A stretch of DNA of 58,567 nucleotides from Octopus bimaculoides (GCF_001194135.2 NC_068991.1:18755775-18814341), one strand, 5' to 3'; counted from the first letter of the stretch, positions 22,511 through 37,031 are shown. Program-made: numbers and translations. The notes: generated by a model from the sequence alone, not told the origin.

Positions 22511-24256
22511 TTTTCTCTACCAAGTTCACTCACAAGGCTTTGGCTACTTCGAGTCTACGGTAGAAGAGTCTTGCCCATGGTGCCACACAATGGGACTGAA
22601 CACAAAACCACATGGCTGGGAAGCAAACTACTTAACCACACAGCTACAGCTCATTTACTCATTTACTTGTTTCAGTCATTTCACTGCGGCCATGCTGGAG
22701 CACCGTCTTTAGTCGAGCAAATCGACCCCAAGACTTATTCTTTGTAAGCCTAGTATTTATTCTATCGGTCTCTTTTTGCCAAACCGCTAAGTTACAGGGA
22801 CATAAACACACCAGCATCAGTTGTCAAGCAATGGTGGAGGGGACAAACACAAACACACACACANNNNNNNNNNNNNNNNNNNNNNNNNNNNNNNNNNNNN
22901 NNNNNNNNNNNNNNNNNNNNNNNNNNNNNNNNNNNNNNNNNNNNNNNNNNNNNNNNNNNNNNNNNNNNNNNNNNNNNNNNNNNNNNNNNNNNNNNNNNNN
23001 NNNNNNNNNNNNNNNNNNNNNNNNNNNNNNNNNNNNNNNNNNNNNNNNNNNNNNNNNNNNNNNNNNNNNNNNNNNNNNNNNNNNNNNNNNNNNNNNNNNN
23101 NNNNNNNNNNNNNNNNNNNNNNNNNNNNNNNNNNNNNNNNNNNNNNNNNNNNNNNNNNNNNNNNNNNNNNNNNNNNNNNNNNNNNNNNNNNNNNNNNNNN
23201 NNNNNNNNNNNNNNNNNNNNNNNNNNNNNNNNNNNNNNNNNNNNNNNNNNNNNNNNNNNNNNNNNNNNNNNNNNNNNNNNNNNNNNNNNNNNNNNNNNNN
23301 NNNNNNNNNNNNNNNNNNNNNNNNNNNNNNNNNNNNNNNNNNNNNATAAACACACCAGCATCGGTTGTCAAGCAATGCTAGGGGGGACAAGCACAGACAC
23401 ACAGACACACACATATATATATACATATATACGATGGGCTTCTTTCAGTTTCCGCCTACCAAATCCACTCACAAGGCTTTGGTCGGCCCAAGGCTAGAGT
23501 AGGAGACACTTGCCCAAGATGCCACGCAGTGGGACTGAAACCAGAACCATGTGGTTGGTAAGCAAGCTACTTACCACACAGCCACTCCTGCGCCTATATC
23601 TGCACATTTTTAAAAAATATCTTTTACTTGTTTCAGTCATTAGATTGTGGCCATGCTGGGGCACCACCTCGAAGAATTTCAAGTCAAAAGGATCATCCCC
23701 AGTCCTTATTTTTATTCTAAGCTGGATACATATTCTACCAGTTTCTTTTGCTGAACCACTAAGTTACAGTTGACATAAGCACACCGACCGACACCAGTTG
23801 TCAACCAGTGGTGGGGGACAACATGCACACATACACACACACAATGGGCTTCTCTTCAGTTTCTTATTTCTTTACTGCCGACAAGGGGCTATACACAGAG
23901 GGGACAAATAAGGACAGACAAACGGATTAAGTCGATTATATCGACTGCATTGCGTAACTGGTACTTATTTAATCGATCTCGAAAGGATGAAAGGCAAAGT
24001 TGACATCGGCGGAATTTGAACACAGAACGTAGCGGCAGACGAAATACTGCTAAGCATTTCGCCCAGCGTGCTAACGTTTCTACCAGCTCACCACCTTTCA
24101 GCTTCTTTCAGTTTCTGTCTACCAAATCCACTCACAAGGCTTTGGTCGGCCCGAGGCTATTGTAGAAGACACTTGCTCAAGATGCCATGTAGTGGGACTG
24201 AACCCAGGACTCTGTAGTTGGGAAGCAAATTTCTTAACCACACAGCCACACCTGCA
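22511..24256 (-). mobile_element. Nest of family B SINEs with a nested family C SINE at 23864-24095
   Basis: B 5' half at 22511-22646, B copy at 22655-23596 across a gap, and B copy at 23620-24256 split by C. Duplicated gcttctyttcagtttc at 23848-23863 and 24101-24115. Confidence 0.8.
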
Positions 24257-24598
24257 CACACACATTTATGTATGTAGAGATCGATCACGAAAGAGAGAGA
24301 GAGAGAGAGAGATATAATCTAATAGAACAAATTGATGATAGTTATAGAGACAGAGATAGACTAAACTTTTTAGTTGTGGACAATTAACAAAGAAGAAAAA
24401 GAACAACAACAATATAGAAACTATTTCTATTAGAAATTGGTAAAAGGCACCTTAGAAAAATCTTCAAACTACTAGCACCAATACCCCTCCACCCACCACA
24501 CTTCACCCCACACATGTCCATATTTAACTGCCCCAAACTACACCGAAAACATCCACATACCGATGACTGCCTTTCATGCAGATTTTTGTTTTGTCTGT

Positions 24599-24612
24599 GT
24601 AACCATGGCAAC
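24599..24612 (+). promoter_or_regulatory. RFX X-box-like motif
   Basis: gtaaccatggcaac fits GTHNYYATRRNAAC and lies in apparently non-repeat sequence. Confidence 0.3.
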
Positions 24613-24831
24613 AATCAAATAAGATTTTCTTTGTTGCTGATGCTGATTTCTTCTTCAAGAGAAGGAGAGAAGAGGGGTGGTGGTGGTAGGACAGAAAGAA
24701 GCAAATTCTCAACAGAAACAAAGACAGACCTCTTCTCAAAAATGGTATAAAAAGGTAAAAAAAAAACCCAGACAAAAACCCCCCAAAAAACAACTATATC
24801 AAGAGTGTGTCTACCATACTTTTATTGGTAA

Positions 24832-24871
<40 letters not shown>

Positions 24872-25873
24872 ATATGTATACATATACACACACAGATGCA
24901 TACACATATATATGTATATATTGTATATATATATATATACACACATATATATAGATATATACACACACACACAGATGCATACACACATATATGTATATAT
25001 ATATATATATATATGTATATGTATATATATATATACACACACATATATATATATACACACATACAACACATACCTACACACATATACATACATACATAAC
25101 ACTCGTTTTCTTTCAGCTGAAGTCCTTTTCTCTCTCTCTCTCTTCCACCAGGTTTGCCCAATTTCTCAATTTCCTCCCTTCTTCTTTTTCAGCCCAAATC
25201 TCTCCATCTTCACTTACCTGCTACTATCCCCTACCCCCTCTTGTCTTCCTCACAAAATATTTCTATCTTCCACCTGCTTCCTTCCCTCATTCTCATCTAG
25301 GTTTGTTTCTTTCCTCCTCTTTCACAGTGACTGAATTTTTGCTTCCATCTCCCTCAGTTGGTTGTTTAAGGCTGCAAGGTTCTCCATTATTTTCCTTTAT
25401 GCATTTATTTAACATTCAACACAAAAGACAAGTTCTTCATTGTCCCCTGCACTCCCATCACTACCTTCTTTTTATCCCCTCAAATACTTTCCCTCAGCTC
25501 TGTATATCACACAGGGGAGTGGGGTAGCTATATAATCTCCTCTATGACAAGACACCTGTGCTTGTCCTTCTACCCCACCTTAGCCTTTTAATATCTGGTA
25601 TAAAGTAAGCCTCTCAAATACTCGCCACTTAGTAGTATGAGCTTTTCTCCTTTCCACTCTATATTCTTCTAAGTCTTGCAAATTACTTGACAACCTCAGT
25701 GCAAAAAAAAACAAAAAAACTTGGTACACTCTGTAAAGTGGTTGACATTCAGAAGGTTATCTAGCAGTAGAAAGCGGCGAGCTGGAAGAAACGTTAGCAC
25801 ACCATGCTTAGCGGTATTTCGTCTGCCGTTAAGTTCTGAGTTCAAATTCCGCCAATAACAGGCACATAGAAGG

Positions 25874-26181
25874 CACCCTTCAAACATTAGGCCTCATAGA
25901 GGTGATAAGAGACCAAAACCTTTGGCAATATGTTGTGCTTGAGAAGACTTGTCAAGTCAAGTGAAATCGTAGTTGTGGTTGATGCCGGTAGCACGTAAAA
26001 AGCATCCACTACATTCTTGGAGTGGTTGGCATTAGGCAGGGCATCCAGCCAGAGAAACCATGCCGAATCAGACTAAAACCTGGTGCAGTCCTCTGGCTTA
26101 CCAGTTCCAGCTAAACCATCTGACCCATGCCAGCATGGAAAGCAGACTCTAAATAATGACTATGATGAGGATGAGGATGAT
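25874..26181 (+). mobile_element. RTE LINE ORF end plus 3' UTR (family A), preceded by a family C SINE head at 25775-25853
   Basis: TLQTLGLIEVIRDQNLWQYVVLEKTCQVK* is directly followed by the family A UTR, linking that UTR to RTE. Confidence 0.8.
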
Positions 26182-26330
26182 ATGAGGGTCCACCCAAGTA
26201 AAATGGGAAACAAAGGAATTCATGGATACAAAAATGATTGAGAACCACTGCCATAAATTATCAAATATACGTGGTGGACTCTCCTTTTGTAAACAACAAG
26301 AGAAGGTCATATAACTTCTTGCTGAACAAC

Positions 26331-26722
26331 CTTTTCTTCTTTCTTGCCTTTAACCCTCAAACGCGGAGTATAGGCCACTTATAATTGAATTCCATGTCGC
26401 ATAATTTTTCGCTTCTGTACTTATACTCTGCCATGAATGTCCCCCTTTCTCTAGTTCCTTTTGTGTTGATCTACGCCACGAGTTCTTAGGCCTACCCCTC
26501 TTTCTATATCCATCCGGATTCCACTGTAAAGCACTTTTTGCTACATTTGGTGTGTCCTTTCTAATTGTGCTACCAATCCACTTCAACTTTTTCTTAAATA
26601 TTTGTTCCCTAATCGAAACTTGATTCCTTCTTTGCCATAGCTCCATATTGCTTATGTGTTCGAGCCAAATGATTTTAAGTATACTACGCAAGCACCTGTT
26701 GATGAACAACCTGCTCAGATGA
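26331..26722 (-). mobile_element. 5'-truncated RTE LINE of a second family (open C-terminal frame 26350-26709)
   Basis: FINRCLRSILKIIW...ISNMELW...KWIGSTIRK...ALQWNPDGYRKRGRPKNSWRR is a typical RTE C-terminus, with a short aagaaagaag tail. Confidence 0.85.
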
Positions 26723-27225
26723 TTTTTTTAATTGGTTTTTACAATGACCAAATGTATGTGCTATACATTGGCTTATTCTCTCCATCAAATCAAATCCACC
26801 TGTACAGGTGCACGGTGTGTGCCAAACGTCAGATGCCACGGTAATTGCAGAGCAACATGAAATGAAGTGTTTTGCTCAAGAACATGATGCACTGCTCGGT
26901 CTGAAAATTGAAACCATGATCTTGAAATCATGAGTGCAACATGCCAACCACAAAACCATGCACCTACACACATACAGATACATATACGTACACACACANN
27001 NNNNNNNNNNNNNNNNNNNNNNNNNNNNNNNNNNNNNNNNNNNNNNNNNNNNNNNNNNNNNNNNNNNNNNNNNNNNNNNNNNNNNNNNNNNNNNNNNNTA
27101 TATATATATACACATACACACATATATAGACACACTCACACACATATATATATATACACACAGACATACATACATACATACATACATATAAACACATACA
27201 TACATGTATATTTAACATCTATCTA

Positions 27226-27266
<41 letters not shown>

Positions 27267-27834
27267 AAACACACCCCCACATATATATACACACGTGTGC
27301 GTGTGTGTACATTAATACACATGCATATATAAATATCAATACTATATATCTATGTGTCTGTATGCAACTAATCAAGTAATATGTGTACACATGTCTTAAC
27401 TTCCACCAATCTATATATCCTTTTAATCTGGCATTATATAAACCTCATCAATCAATCTATCTAACTGAACATTCTATCTATATCAACAATAATTTAACAA
27501 TTCTCAAATGCAACATATACATATGTATGTATATATGTGCCTGCATGTGTATATATATATATATATATATATATCCAGTTGTTCTATCCATCCAAATCAA
27601 GAAAAAGAAAACACAAAAAAAGAAGCAAAAACAAAAGCCCCATGGATATAATTTCTTAAGTTCTTTTCCTCAAGATAACTCAACTATATCACCAATGCTC
27701 CTGTTGATTTCACCACCACCACCACCACACTACTGCTCTGACACCCTACCCCACCCCACCTAAGAACCTCAAAACTTAACATCTAATCAACAAATCAATA
27801 TTGCATTCATTATTTTATTATCACTACCACAACC

Positions 27835-27865
<31 letters not shown>

Positions 27866-28244
27866 CCATCACAATTATTAACTTTGTTGATGCTAATATC
27901 TTCATTGTTATTATATCCATTATTATTATTATTAATGTTATTAATAATCAATAAATAACATTTTCTTTTATTCCAGAAGTGCAAAGAAACAAACAAGAAT
28001 TAACAAACAAATAAGAAGCATAAACACACACACACACACACACACACACAAATGCACATATACAACTATATATTTGTAATACACAACAACGCTTTTATGA
28101 TCCCATGTATACTGAAACGTGTGTGTATGTGTGTGTGTGTGTGTGTATATATACACACACATACATACATGATGTATATAGAAATTTATATAGATATATA
28201 TATATATATATATACACAAGGGTGTATGTCTGTGCATGTGTGTG

Positions 28245-28297
<53 letters not shown>

Positions 28298-29688
28298 CAT
28301 ATTTAACACACTCATGATTACAAATATACACACATCATACATAGTTGTATTCATATATCTTTACGAGAGAGAGAGCGAGAGAGAGAGAGAGTCGGGGGTG
28401 GGGAGGAATGAAAACAAACAGAAAGAAAGCAAAGCCATGCCAAAAGAAGAAAAACCTTAGAAGCCAGAGTTCTTGTGTGGAAAGGACTAGCTTTTCTTTC
28501 TGTTCACTGCCAGACTCTGGCATAGCAACAACTTTTTACCAAAAATGGTTGCAGATTCAAATCTACATTAAATTAATGGAATCAAAGGTTTTATTTATTT
28601 TCTCTTGTCTACTTTTATTGCTATTATTATTGTTATTATTATTAATATTATTATCATTATTATTATTATTATTACCACTACTATTATCATTATCATCATC
28701 ATCATCATCATTATTATTAATAATATTATTATCATCATTATCNNNNNNNNNNNNNNNNNNNNNNNNNNNNNNNNNNNNNNNNNNNNNNNNNNNNNNNNNN
28801 NNNNNNNNNNNNNNNNNNNNNNNNNNNNNNNNNNNNNNNNNNNNNNNNNNNNNNNNNNNNNNNNNNTTATTATTATTATTATTATTATTATTATATGAAG
28901 AGGAATGTGGAAGAAGATGGGTGCATTGGTGAGTAGATGCTCGGAATAAAAGTTTCAACCATTCTTAAGCAAAGTGGATGGCAAGGCAAATCAAACACCC
29001 ACACATACCTACATACATACTTTCTAATACACTTATAGAATTAGACAAATACACACAGAGTTACATATATGCATAAAGACACAGAGAAAGACACACCAAT
29101 ACAACAGATACATACACAAAACATCCATCATCCACATACATAATTAGAAATAACACAAAGAACAAAAACAAAATACTCGTACACTGATATCAACATACGC
29201 ACGCACGCATGCATGTGTGTGCACACACAACACACCCATCCCAAATATTCAAACACACAAACACAGAAAGAAATATATAAACACAAACTACCAACATAGA
29301 CTCACACACACACACACACACACTCAAACTGAAGATAGATATTGATCATGCGGAGAGACATCTGTTCTTATTCCTTTACAGTTAGAGTTCAAATCCAGCA
29401 ATGGTTGATGCTTTGGCTTTCCAAATTAGGGGGTGGAGTGGGGGCTCCAATACATTTAATACCAGTAACATACTGAAGTTGATTCAGTAGAACATATATA
29501 TACATCACACACCTCCACAGCCAAAGGTAAAGGTGGGGGGAGTCTTACAGGACTGGGATTAATTGGAACCGCCAAACATTTTGGCAATATTATCAAACAA
29601 TTACCTCACTCATTACATTGCACCTTACCCTCTGTGTGTGCATGCATGCATATGTGGGTGTGCACACACTTTATCTTTTATACACAAA

Positions 29689-30385
29689 TTAAGTTGGAAA
29701 TAAAGCCTTGTTGCATTTTTGACATGATCACTTTGAGGATAATTTTCCAATACCGACAATAAAATTAAGCATTAATTTTTACATTCTAACAGTTTTTTTC
29801 TTTTCTTCCTTTCTTTTCAGATTACTTTTCACGGTGGTTAACTTCATATAAATTTTACCCTTAAAAAATGAGCTTAGATGAGACCCATATCAGACATTGC
29901 ATACATACTGTATGAATTCAAAAAAGGATCTTCAGCAATGGAAGTGGCCTGAAACAGTTGTTCCAACAAAGGAAATGGAACTTTAGGTATCCAAAAATGT
30001 CAATGATGGTTTGGTCAGTTTTGCTCAGGAAAGTTTTCTTACAAAGACTCCTCTTGGCCTGGTCAACCAACAACTGTAAATATTGAGCATTGTCTGAAAA
30101 CTGTAGTTGAGGAAAATCCAAAATAAACTGCATAAGAATTAGCAGAACAGTTGAATTCAAGTCATACTTCAGTTATAAAATGTATCCATGAACTACAAAA
30201 AAAAAATGTCTAAAATTGGTCAGTAGGTTTCTCATCATCTGACTACTACTCACTTTAATCCAAGAGTTGTTCTCTGCTTGTCATTTGAAAGTAGACTTGC
30301 TGCCAAAGCCCTCCTGGGTAGAATCATTACAAGTGATGAAAAGTGAGTTCCCTATAATCATATCCAATGAAAACGACAATAGGAT
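29689..30385 (+). mobile_element. Mariner transposase pseudogene, N-terminal half (ORF from 29868)
   Basis: HIRHCI-LYEFKKG...WFGQFCSG...PGQP...VEENP...ELAEQL...*VSH (WVPH motif)...LLGRIITSDEK*V...KRQ*, with stops and frameshifts. A possible TIR ttaagttggaaataaag lies at 29689. Confidence 0.9.
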
Positions 30386-30615
30386 AAAGATATTTTGTGA
30401 GTCATATACAATCATAGGGATGTTTTCCCAGTTTCCATGTCATATATATTTCCCCATTTCTGGACAGTGTTCCCAGCCCATTGCGGGATTATTCATTTTT
30501 ACAAGCTGATTGGACTGGAGGAACATCAAATGAAGTAAAGTAAGGTAAAGTTACCTTCTGGAGTCATGCTGACTCATAAGGGCTGGTTTCCTGACATATA
30601 AATTCCCCACCTATA

Positions 30616-30770
30616 GGAGTGGCTGTGAGGTAAGTAGCTTGCTTACCAACCACATGGTTCCAGGTTCAGTCCTACTGCGTGGCACCATGGGCAAGTGTCT
30701 TCTACTATAGCCTCAGGCCGACCAAAGCCTTGTGAGTGGATTTGGTAGACGGAAACTGAAAGAAGCCCGT

Positions 30771-30811
<41 letters not shown>

Positions 30812-31022
30812 ATGTGTGTGTATATGTTTGTGTGTCTGTCCCCCTAACATCGCTTGACAAACGATGCTGGTGTGTTTACGTACCAGTAACTTAGTGGTTT
30901 GGTAAAAGAGACTGATAGAATAAGTACTAGGCTTATAAAGAATAAGTCCTGGGGTCGATTTGCTCAACTAAAGGCGGTGCTCTAGCATGGCCGCAGTCAA
31001 ATGACTGAAACAAGTAAAAGAG
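30616..31022 (+). mobile_element. tRNA-headed SINE, family B (full length)
   Basis: Colinear with 2225-2612. Confidence 0.85.
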
Positions 31023-32074
31023 TATATATACGTACACACACACATACATACACATGCAAGTGTGTATGTGTGTATATATATATGTATACATGTGTTCGCA
31101 TGAGTATGTGTCTGGTATATTTGTGATAACGTGAAATTACCACTCCGTATTCCACATAATGCAAATTTTCAGGTAGAAATCAGCAAAACGCTGAATTACT
31201 AGCATAGCCTACTATAACGTCCATCTACTAAATTCCATGTCACAAATCTTGGGTAGCACACAAGTGTCAGAAGACACTTGTCTCAGGTGCCATACAATGC
31301 AATCGAAACCGGATCTTCCCCACATGACCATGTGCAACTATTTATAATTACATACATAATCACATATGAATATGTGCATTTGTGTGTGTGTGTGAGTGAT
31401 ATTTAAAACCCATAAAACTGTAAGATATCACACTTCTCATTATGTTTAATGGTACATTTGGCTAAATTTAGCCATGGAAAGCAATGTGTTTTGCCGTTCT
31501 TAGCTAACAAAGAAATAACCAAAACACCATCACTCTCACTCTCTCTTTCACTCCCTGTGTGTGTGTGTGTGTGTGTGCGTGTGTACACATATACACAGAA
31601 GAGAGAAAGAGAAAGTCTGTCTTGATATTTTTGTAGACTTTATGTGTCTTGAATATGAATATATATATATATATATATANNNNNNNNNNNNNNNNNNNNN
31701 NNNNNNNNNNNNNNNNNNNNNNNNNNNNNNNNNNNNNNNNNNNNNNNNNNNNNNNNNNNNNNNNNNNNNNNNNNNNNNNNNNNNNNNNNNNNNNNNNNNN
31801 NNNNNNNNNNNNNNNNNNNNNNNNNNNNNNNNNNNNNNNNNNNNNNNNNNNNNNNNNNNNNNNNNNNNNNNNNNNNNNNNNNNNNNNNNNNNNNNNNNNN
31901 NNNNNNNNNNNNNNNNNNNNNNNNNNNNNNNNNNNNNNNNNNNNNNNNNNNNNNNNNNNNNNNNNNNNNNNNNNNNNNNNNNNNNNNNNNNNNNNNNNNN
32001 NNNNNNNNNNNNNNNNNNNNNNNNNNNNNNNNNNNNNNNNNNNNNNNNNNNNNNNNNNNNNNNNNNNNNNNNNN

Positions 32075-32116
<42 letters not shown>

Positions 32117-32646
32117 CCTCTTATACCTAATGGCATGTTCAGCTTGGGATAATGCCTTCACCCTTCTTACAAACATCAAGAAAACAGCTAGAAAGACCAC
32201 ACTAGACCACCACACACACACACACACACATACACAAAATGTATTAAAACATCTTCTAAGCAGATTAATGTCTTGACTGACACCGCTTCCTTCAGCTCGT
32301 CTTATGATCAATCCATTCCAACATAGATTCCTGCGCATCTTTTGTTTGACTCACACCTCCATCACACCTCAGACATTATCCCAAACCCTTAAGTCTACTC
32401 AATCAAAAAGAAACAAAAAAAAAAAAAACACTCCCTCCCTCACACAAATGAACACTAAAAAAAAAAACAATGTTTTATTAGTTATTTTTATATTCATTTC
32501 ATTTTTTTGTAACAACATATTTTATCTATTATTATCTTATTTTACTATTATTACCTACATCTTCATTATTTTTATTATTATTACTATTATTAATATTATA
32601 TTTTGTCACACCGTTTTTATATATTTTATCATTATTACTAATATGC

Positions 32647-32683
<37 letters not shown>

Positions 32684-33744
32684 TACTTATACACTTACAA
32701 GATAAAACATCAACACTTTGGTCCACTCCACCGTAACTTTCTTGCCACTATAAAAGCTATAAAAAGGAGAAGACGAAGAAAAGAGAAGATTGTTTCAGTG
32801 CATAAAAAGAATTGCATATGCTAGAATAAAGTTCTTTAAGTATAATGTGTGCACATGTGTGTGTATGTAGGTATATATGTATATATATATATGTATGTGT
32901 GTGTGCAGTTTTTACTTTATGATACAAAAAGACAGTACTCAATAGAACTTTGTGAAATGTGTAGAGCAAGGGATGCTGATATACAATTGACAAAATAATA
33001 TACAGTGTTGTTCACTAAGGAGTAAATGCCCTGAGAAAGGTATCATATATTGTGCTCAAATGTCTCCACCAATAATCCCAGCAACAGGCAGGTCAGAGAG
33101 GGCTCACAGAAGAGTCCTTCAAATGTATGCTAGTATAGTAGCTCATTCCATTAATTTCACATGCAAAACACCATGATTTATTCAAAGGCTATTTGGAAGC
33201 TGAAAGACAAAGGAGGTACCACTAGCATTATAAGGACTGCGTTAGATTAAGGCCTAAACATTTAGGAATGGAACAAAGTGCTGTGACTTCTGTCTTACAG
33301 AAAAATTTCACATTAATCACTACCCTACCTCACACACACACACACACACAAACACACAGAAAGAGAAGTGATTTGAATGTGCCAGCATATGTCTAAAGTC
33401 TTCTTCAGAAATTTCAAAGGGGACTTCCCATAATACATCACAATTTTTCAACAGATTCAGCTTTGAAAACAAGGTTGTCAGAGCACAGAAGTTCTCACAA
33501 ACAGCCAGTCTTCAACTTCTCTGTAATTTACTTGGAATACTATAAATAAATAAAAAAACTAAAACACACGGGGAAACTGAGGACTGAGTCTAAAAGGACA
33601 CTAACCTGCACACTANNNNNNNNNNATACTATAAATAAATAAAAAAACTAAAACACAGGGGGAAACTGAGGACTGAGTCTAAAAGGACACTAACCTGCAC
33701 ACTACATTTCTCATGTTCTTGACCCAATAGCTGTACATAACTCA

Positions 33745-33975
33745 TACAGCTCACCATCATTGTACATAGCTCGTATGGCTCTCATAAGTTATTCAGCTAC
33801 ACCTAGTTTCCTTAGCAATCACTATACTCCAGTGTGGTACTCTATCAAACTCCTCTTTCCAGACTGATGAATGCTGGGTATACTTGTTTGCTTTTAGCCA
33901 AAAGCACATCTGTAGTAAACTCACTAGGAAGAGGATGTTGGTAATAGTCCCATCCTAGCCACAGACCTGTACTAC
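33745..33975 (-). mobile_element. RTE reverse transcriptase relic
   Basis: Minus strand with frameshifts: LAKSKQVYPAFISLE..FDRVP..LRKLGVAE*LMRAIRAMY. Confidence 0.7.
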
Positions 33976-34140
33976 ATCCTATCAAAGCTAGTTCTTTTCC
34001 TAATCAATTACTTTCACAATTTGATTTGTTGATTTGATGCATCTGCAGATGCAACCCCTTTGCACTTGATTTACTGTTCCTTTCCTCTACTCTCTGATTG
34101 ACTATGGCAATGACTAGTAAGTGCATGTCCTATTTCAGCA

Positions 34141-34518
34141 GATACCCTTCAGATGCTGGGCATCACTGAGGAAATGAAAGGGGACCAAGAGTTATGACGA
34201 TTTACTGTATTTGAGGAGACGTGTCAAACTAAGTAAATTATTGTCATCCTTACATATAGGCTTGTCTTTTAGAGGTGCCAGTGGCACGTCAAAAGGCACT
34301 CGTGCTGATGCTATGTAAAAGCATCCATGCTTGTGGCACATAAAAAAGCAGCCAGCACACTCAGTAAAGTAGTTGGCATTAGGAAGGGCATCCAATTGTA
34401 GAAACCAAGCCACAGCAGACAACTGGAGTCTGGACAGCTCCCCAGCTGGACAGCTTCTGTCAAACCTTCCAACCTATGCCAGCGTGGAAAACGGACATTA
34501 AATGATGATGGTGATGAT
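34141..34518 (+). mobile_element. Older RTE LINE ORF end plus 3' UTR
   Basis: DTLQMLGITEEMK...FEETCQTK* followed by a diverged family A UTR and GAT tail. Confidence 0.75.
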
Positions 34519-34669
34519 TTCCAGCTTCACAACAATTACTCCTGGTGGTACAGCTGCTTTCTCTGTCTTCATGTCCTTAATGGTCATTTCAACTGTATAA
34601 ATGTCAATTTTGAAAGATGGATCCTTTATTAGGGCTACTTGGGGGTAGTCCTTCACCCACCAACTCTCT

Positions 34670-34720
<51 letters not shown>

Positions 34721-34835
34721 CCATTGCCTTCATTTAGCAACCACTTATAATAGCATTCATACACCTCATCATTCTTCACTAATGTATCTGTATAAATCAA
34801 GTTATACATCACTCAATCACTCACCTCTTTTTCTG

Positions 34836-34866
<31 letters not shown>

Positions 34867-35005
34867 CAAATATGTCTGTGTGAATCTAATTGAATACATG
34901 GGGGATATATTTATATATATGTGTGAGCGTGTGTATATACATACACACACACATACAGATGTGTGTGTATACGAACATGTCTGTGTGAGTAATTGAATAC
35001 ATGAG

Positions 35006-35048
<43 letters not shown>

Positions 35049-35109
35049 CACACACATACAGACGTGTGTGTGCCTGCATGTTTGTATGACTGTGCATGAA
35101 TGCTTGTGC

Positions 35110-35154
<45 letters not shown>

Positions 35155-36030
35155 TTTGTTTTGACATATGTATGTGTATAATATGCATGTGTGTGTGTGT
35201 GTGTGTGTGTGTGTCTTAAGTTGTATTTGTATAAAAGCAACAATCTGCATGCTTGCATGTATGGCTATGCATAGCAATGCATGTATGCATAGCAATGCAT
35301 GTATGCATATGCACTCAGAATATATTGAAAAAGGAGGATCACGTTAACACACACACACACACACACCAAATGCATATTGTTCTGCCACTAGAATATCTTT
35401 CTAAATCCACCAATTCGGTTATTTATTAGCTGCTACTGCACTTGATAGATTCAGTAATCTTGTAAATGGTAAATAATGTTATGTGTGTGTGTGTGTGTGT
35501 GTGTGTGTTTCTTAAGGAAGAATGATTGTCTGGAACTAATGGCCCTTGACGGCTGGTTGGTCAGCCATGTGAAATACAAAACCAAGTCTGGGTTGTCTAG
35601 AAAATAATAATCATCATCATCATCATCATCGTAGTCGTCATCACCATCATCATCATTGTTGTTATCAGAGTAGTTGTCATCATCATCATCATCAATATAA
35701 TTACTTATTCTTCCACATCAGTGGCAGGGAGGGGGTTTGAACGAGTTTGTTATGCACTGCAAGTGTTCTGTTGCTATTATTGCTAATCTCCAAGTTAGCC
35801 GCAATTGAGGTGGCCCATGATCAAAGACACTCCAACCACGACCATCTTGTATTGCTTTTTTTTCCTTGTAATAGATGTAATGCACTCAAAACTTGACCGT
35901 TCAGTGTGTCCTTCCCAGTTTTTAAGACACTTTGGTGTGATTTTGAGGGTGAGTGAGTTAACTGTTATATTTAGCAGGTTGAATGACCAGACAGAAGCTT
36001 AGCTGAAATGTGTGTGTGTGTGTGTGTGTG

Positions 36031-36122
36031 ATGTAGGTATGCAGATGCATGTAGGAGTGTGCAGATGCATGTAGGAGTGTGTGGATTATGTAAGGGCGTG
36101 CGGATGCATGTAGGGGCGTGAC
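36031..36122. repeat. 20-bp minisatellite x about 4.5
   Basis: Unit atgcatgtaggagtgtgcag, diverging toward the right. Confidence 0.8.
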
Positions 36123-36357
36123 ATGGGAGGATGTAACAAAGCCAGAAGAGGACTGGCATCCATGTTCTCCAAAGCCCATGGACTCAATTCCCAGACTAGC
36201 GAGAGTGATAGACTTCATGTCCAGGTAGGACAAAGCACCGTCTCATGTACCTTGGTTCTTTACAACACCTCAAGCCTGACTTCACTGCCACCATCTTCCA
36301 TCACCCCAAACTCCCACACATCTGAGTATGCACATACAAACACAATATATATATATA

Positions 36358-36987
36358 GGCGTAGGAGTGGCTGTGTGGTAAGTAGCTTGCTTACCAACCA
36401 CATGGTCCCGGGTTCAGTCCCACTGTGTAGCACTTTGGGCAAGTGTCTTCTACTATAGCCTCGGGCTGACCAAAGCCTTGTGAGTGGATTTGGTAGATGG
36501 AAACTGAAAGAAGCCCGTCGTATATATGTATATGTATGTGTGTGTGTGTGTTTGTGTGTCTGTGTTCGTCCTCCCCAACATCGCTTGACAACCGATGCTG
36601 GTGTGTTTACGTCCCCGTAACTTAGAGGTTCGGCAAAAGAGACTGATAGAATAAGTACTAGGCTTACAAAAAGTCCTGGGGTCAATTTGCCCGACTATCA
36701 GTAAAAAAGTACTCATTCCAGCAAGAGAAAGATATCATTTAATGAATGCAGGGTTCAGGAACTTAAAGTAGCTCATGCATAACTCCTGTATTCATTAAAT
36801 TTTACACACACGCACATGTGGGCATGGCAGTGCATGGCTGTGTGGTAAGAAGCTTGCTTCCCAACCACATGGTTCCGGGTTCAGTCCCACTGTGTGGCAC
36901 CTTGAGCAAGTGTCTTCTACCATAGCCTCAAGCTGACCAAAGCCTTGTGAGTGGATTTGGTAGATGGAAACTGAAAGAAGCCTGTCG

Positions 36988-37031
<44 letters not shown>

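Noticed and set aside
33537-33706. 80-bp tandem duplication
   Set aside because: It flanks the 10-N gap at 33616-33625 and has only one or two differences, so it is probably a haplotype or overlap artefact.
36123-36320. Non-repetitive-looking start of the 111-aa ORF
   Set aside because: There is no recognisable domain or acceptor, and the ORF runs into a SINE.
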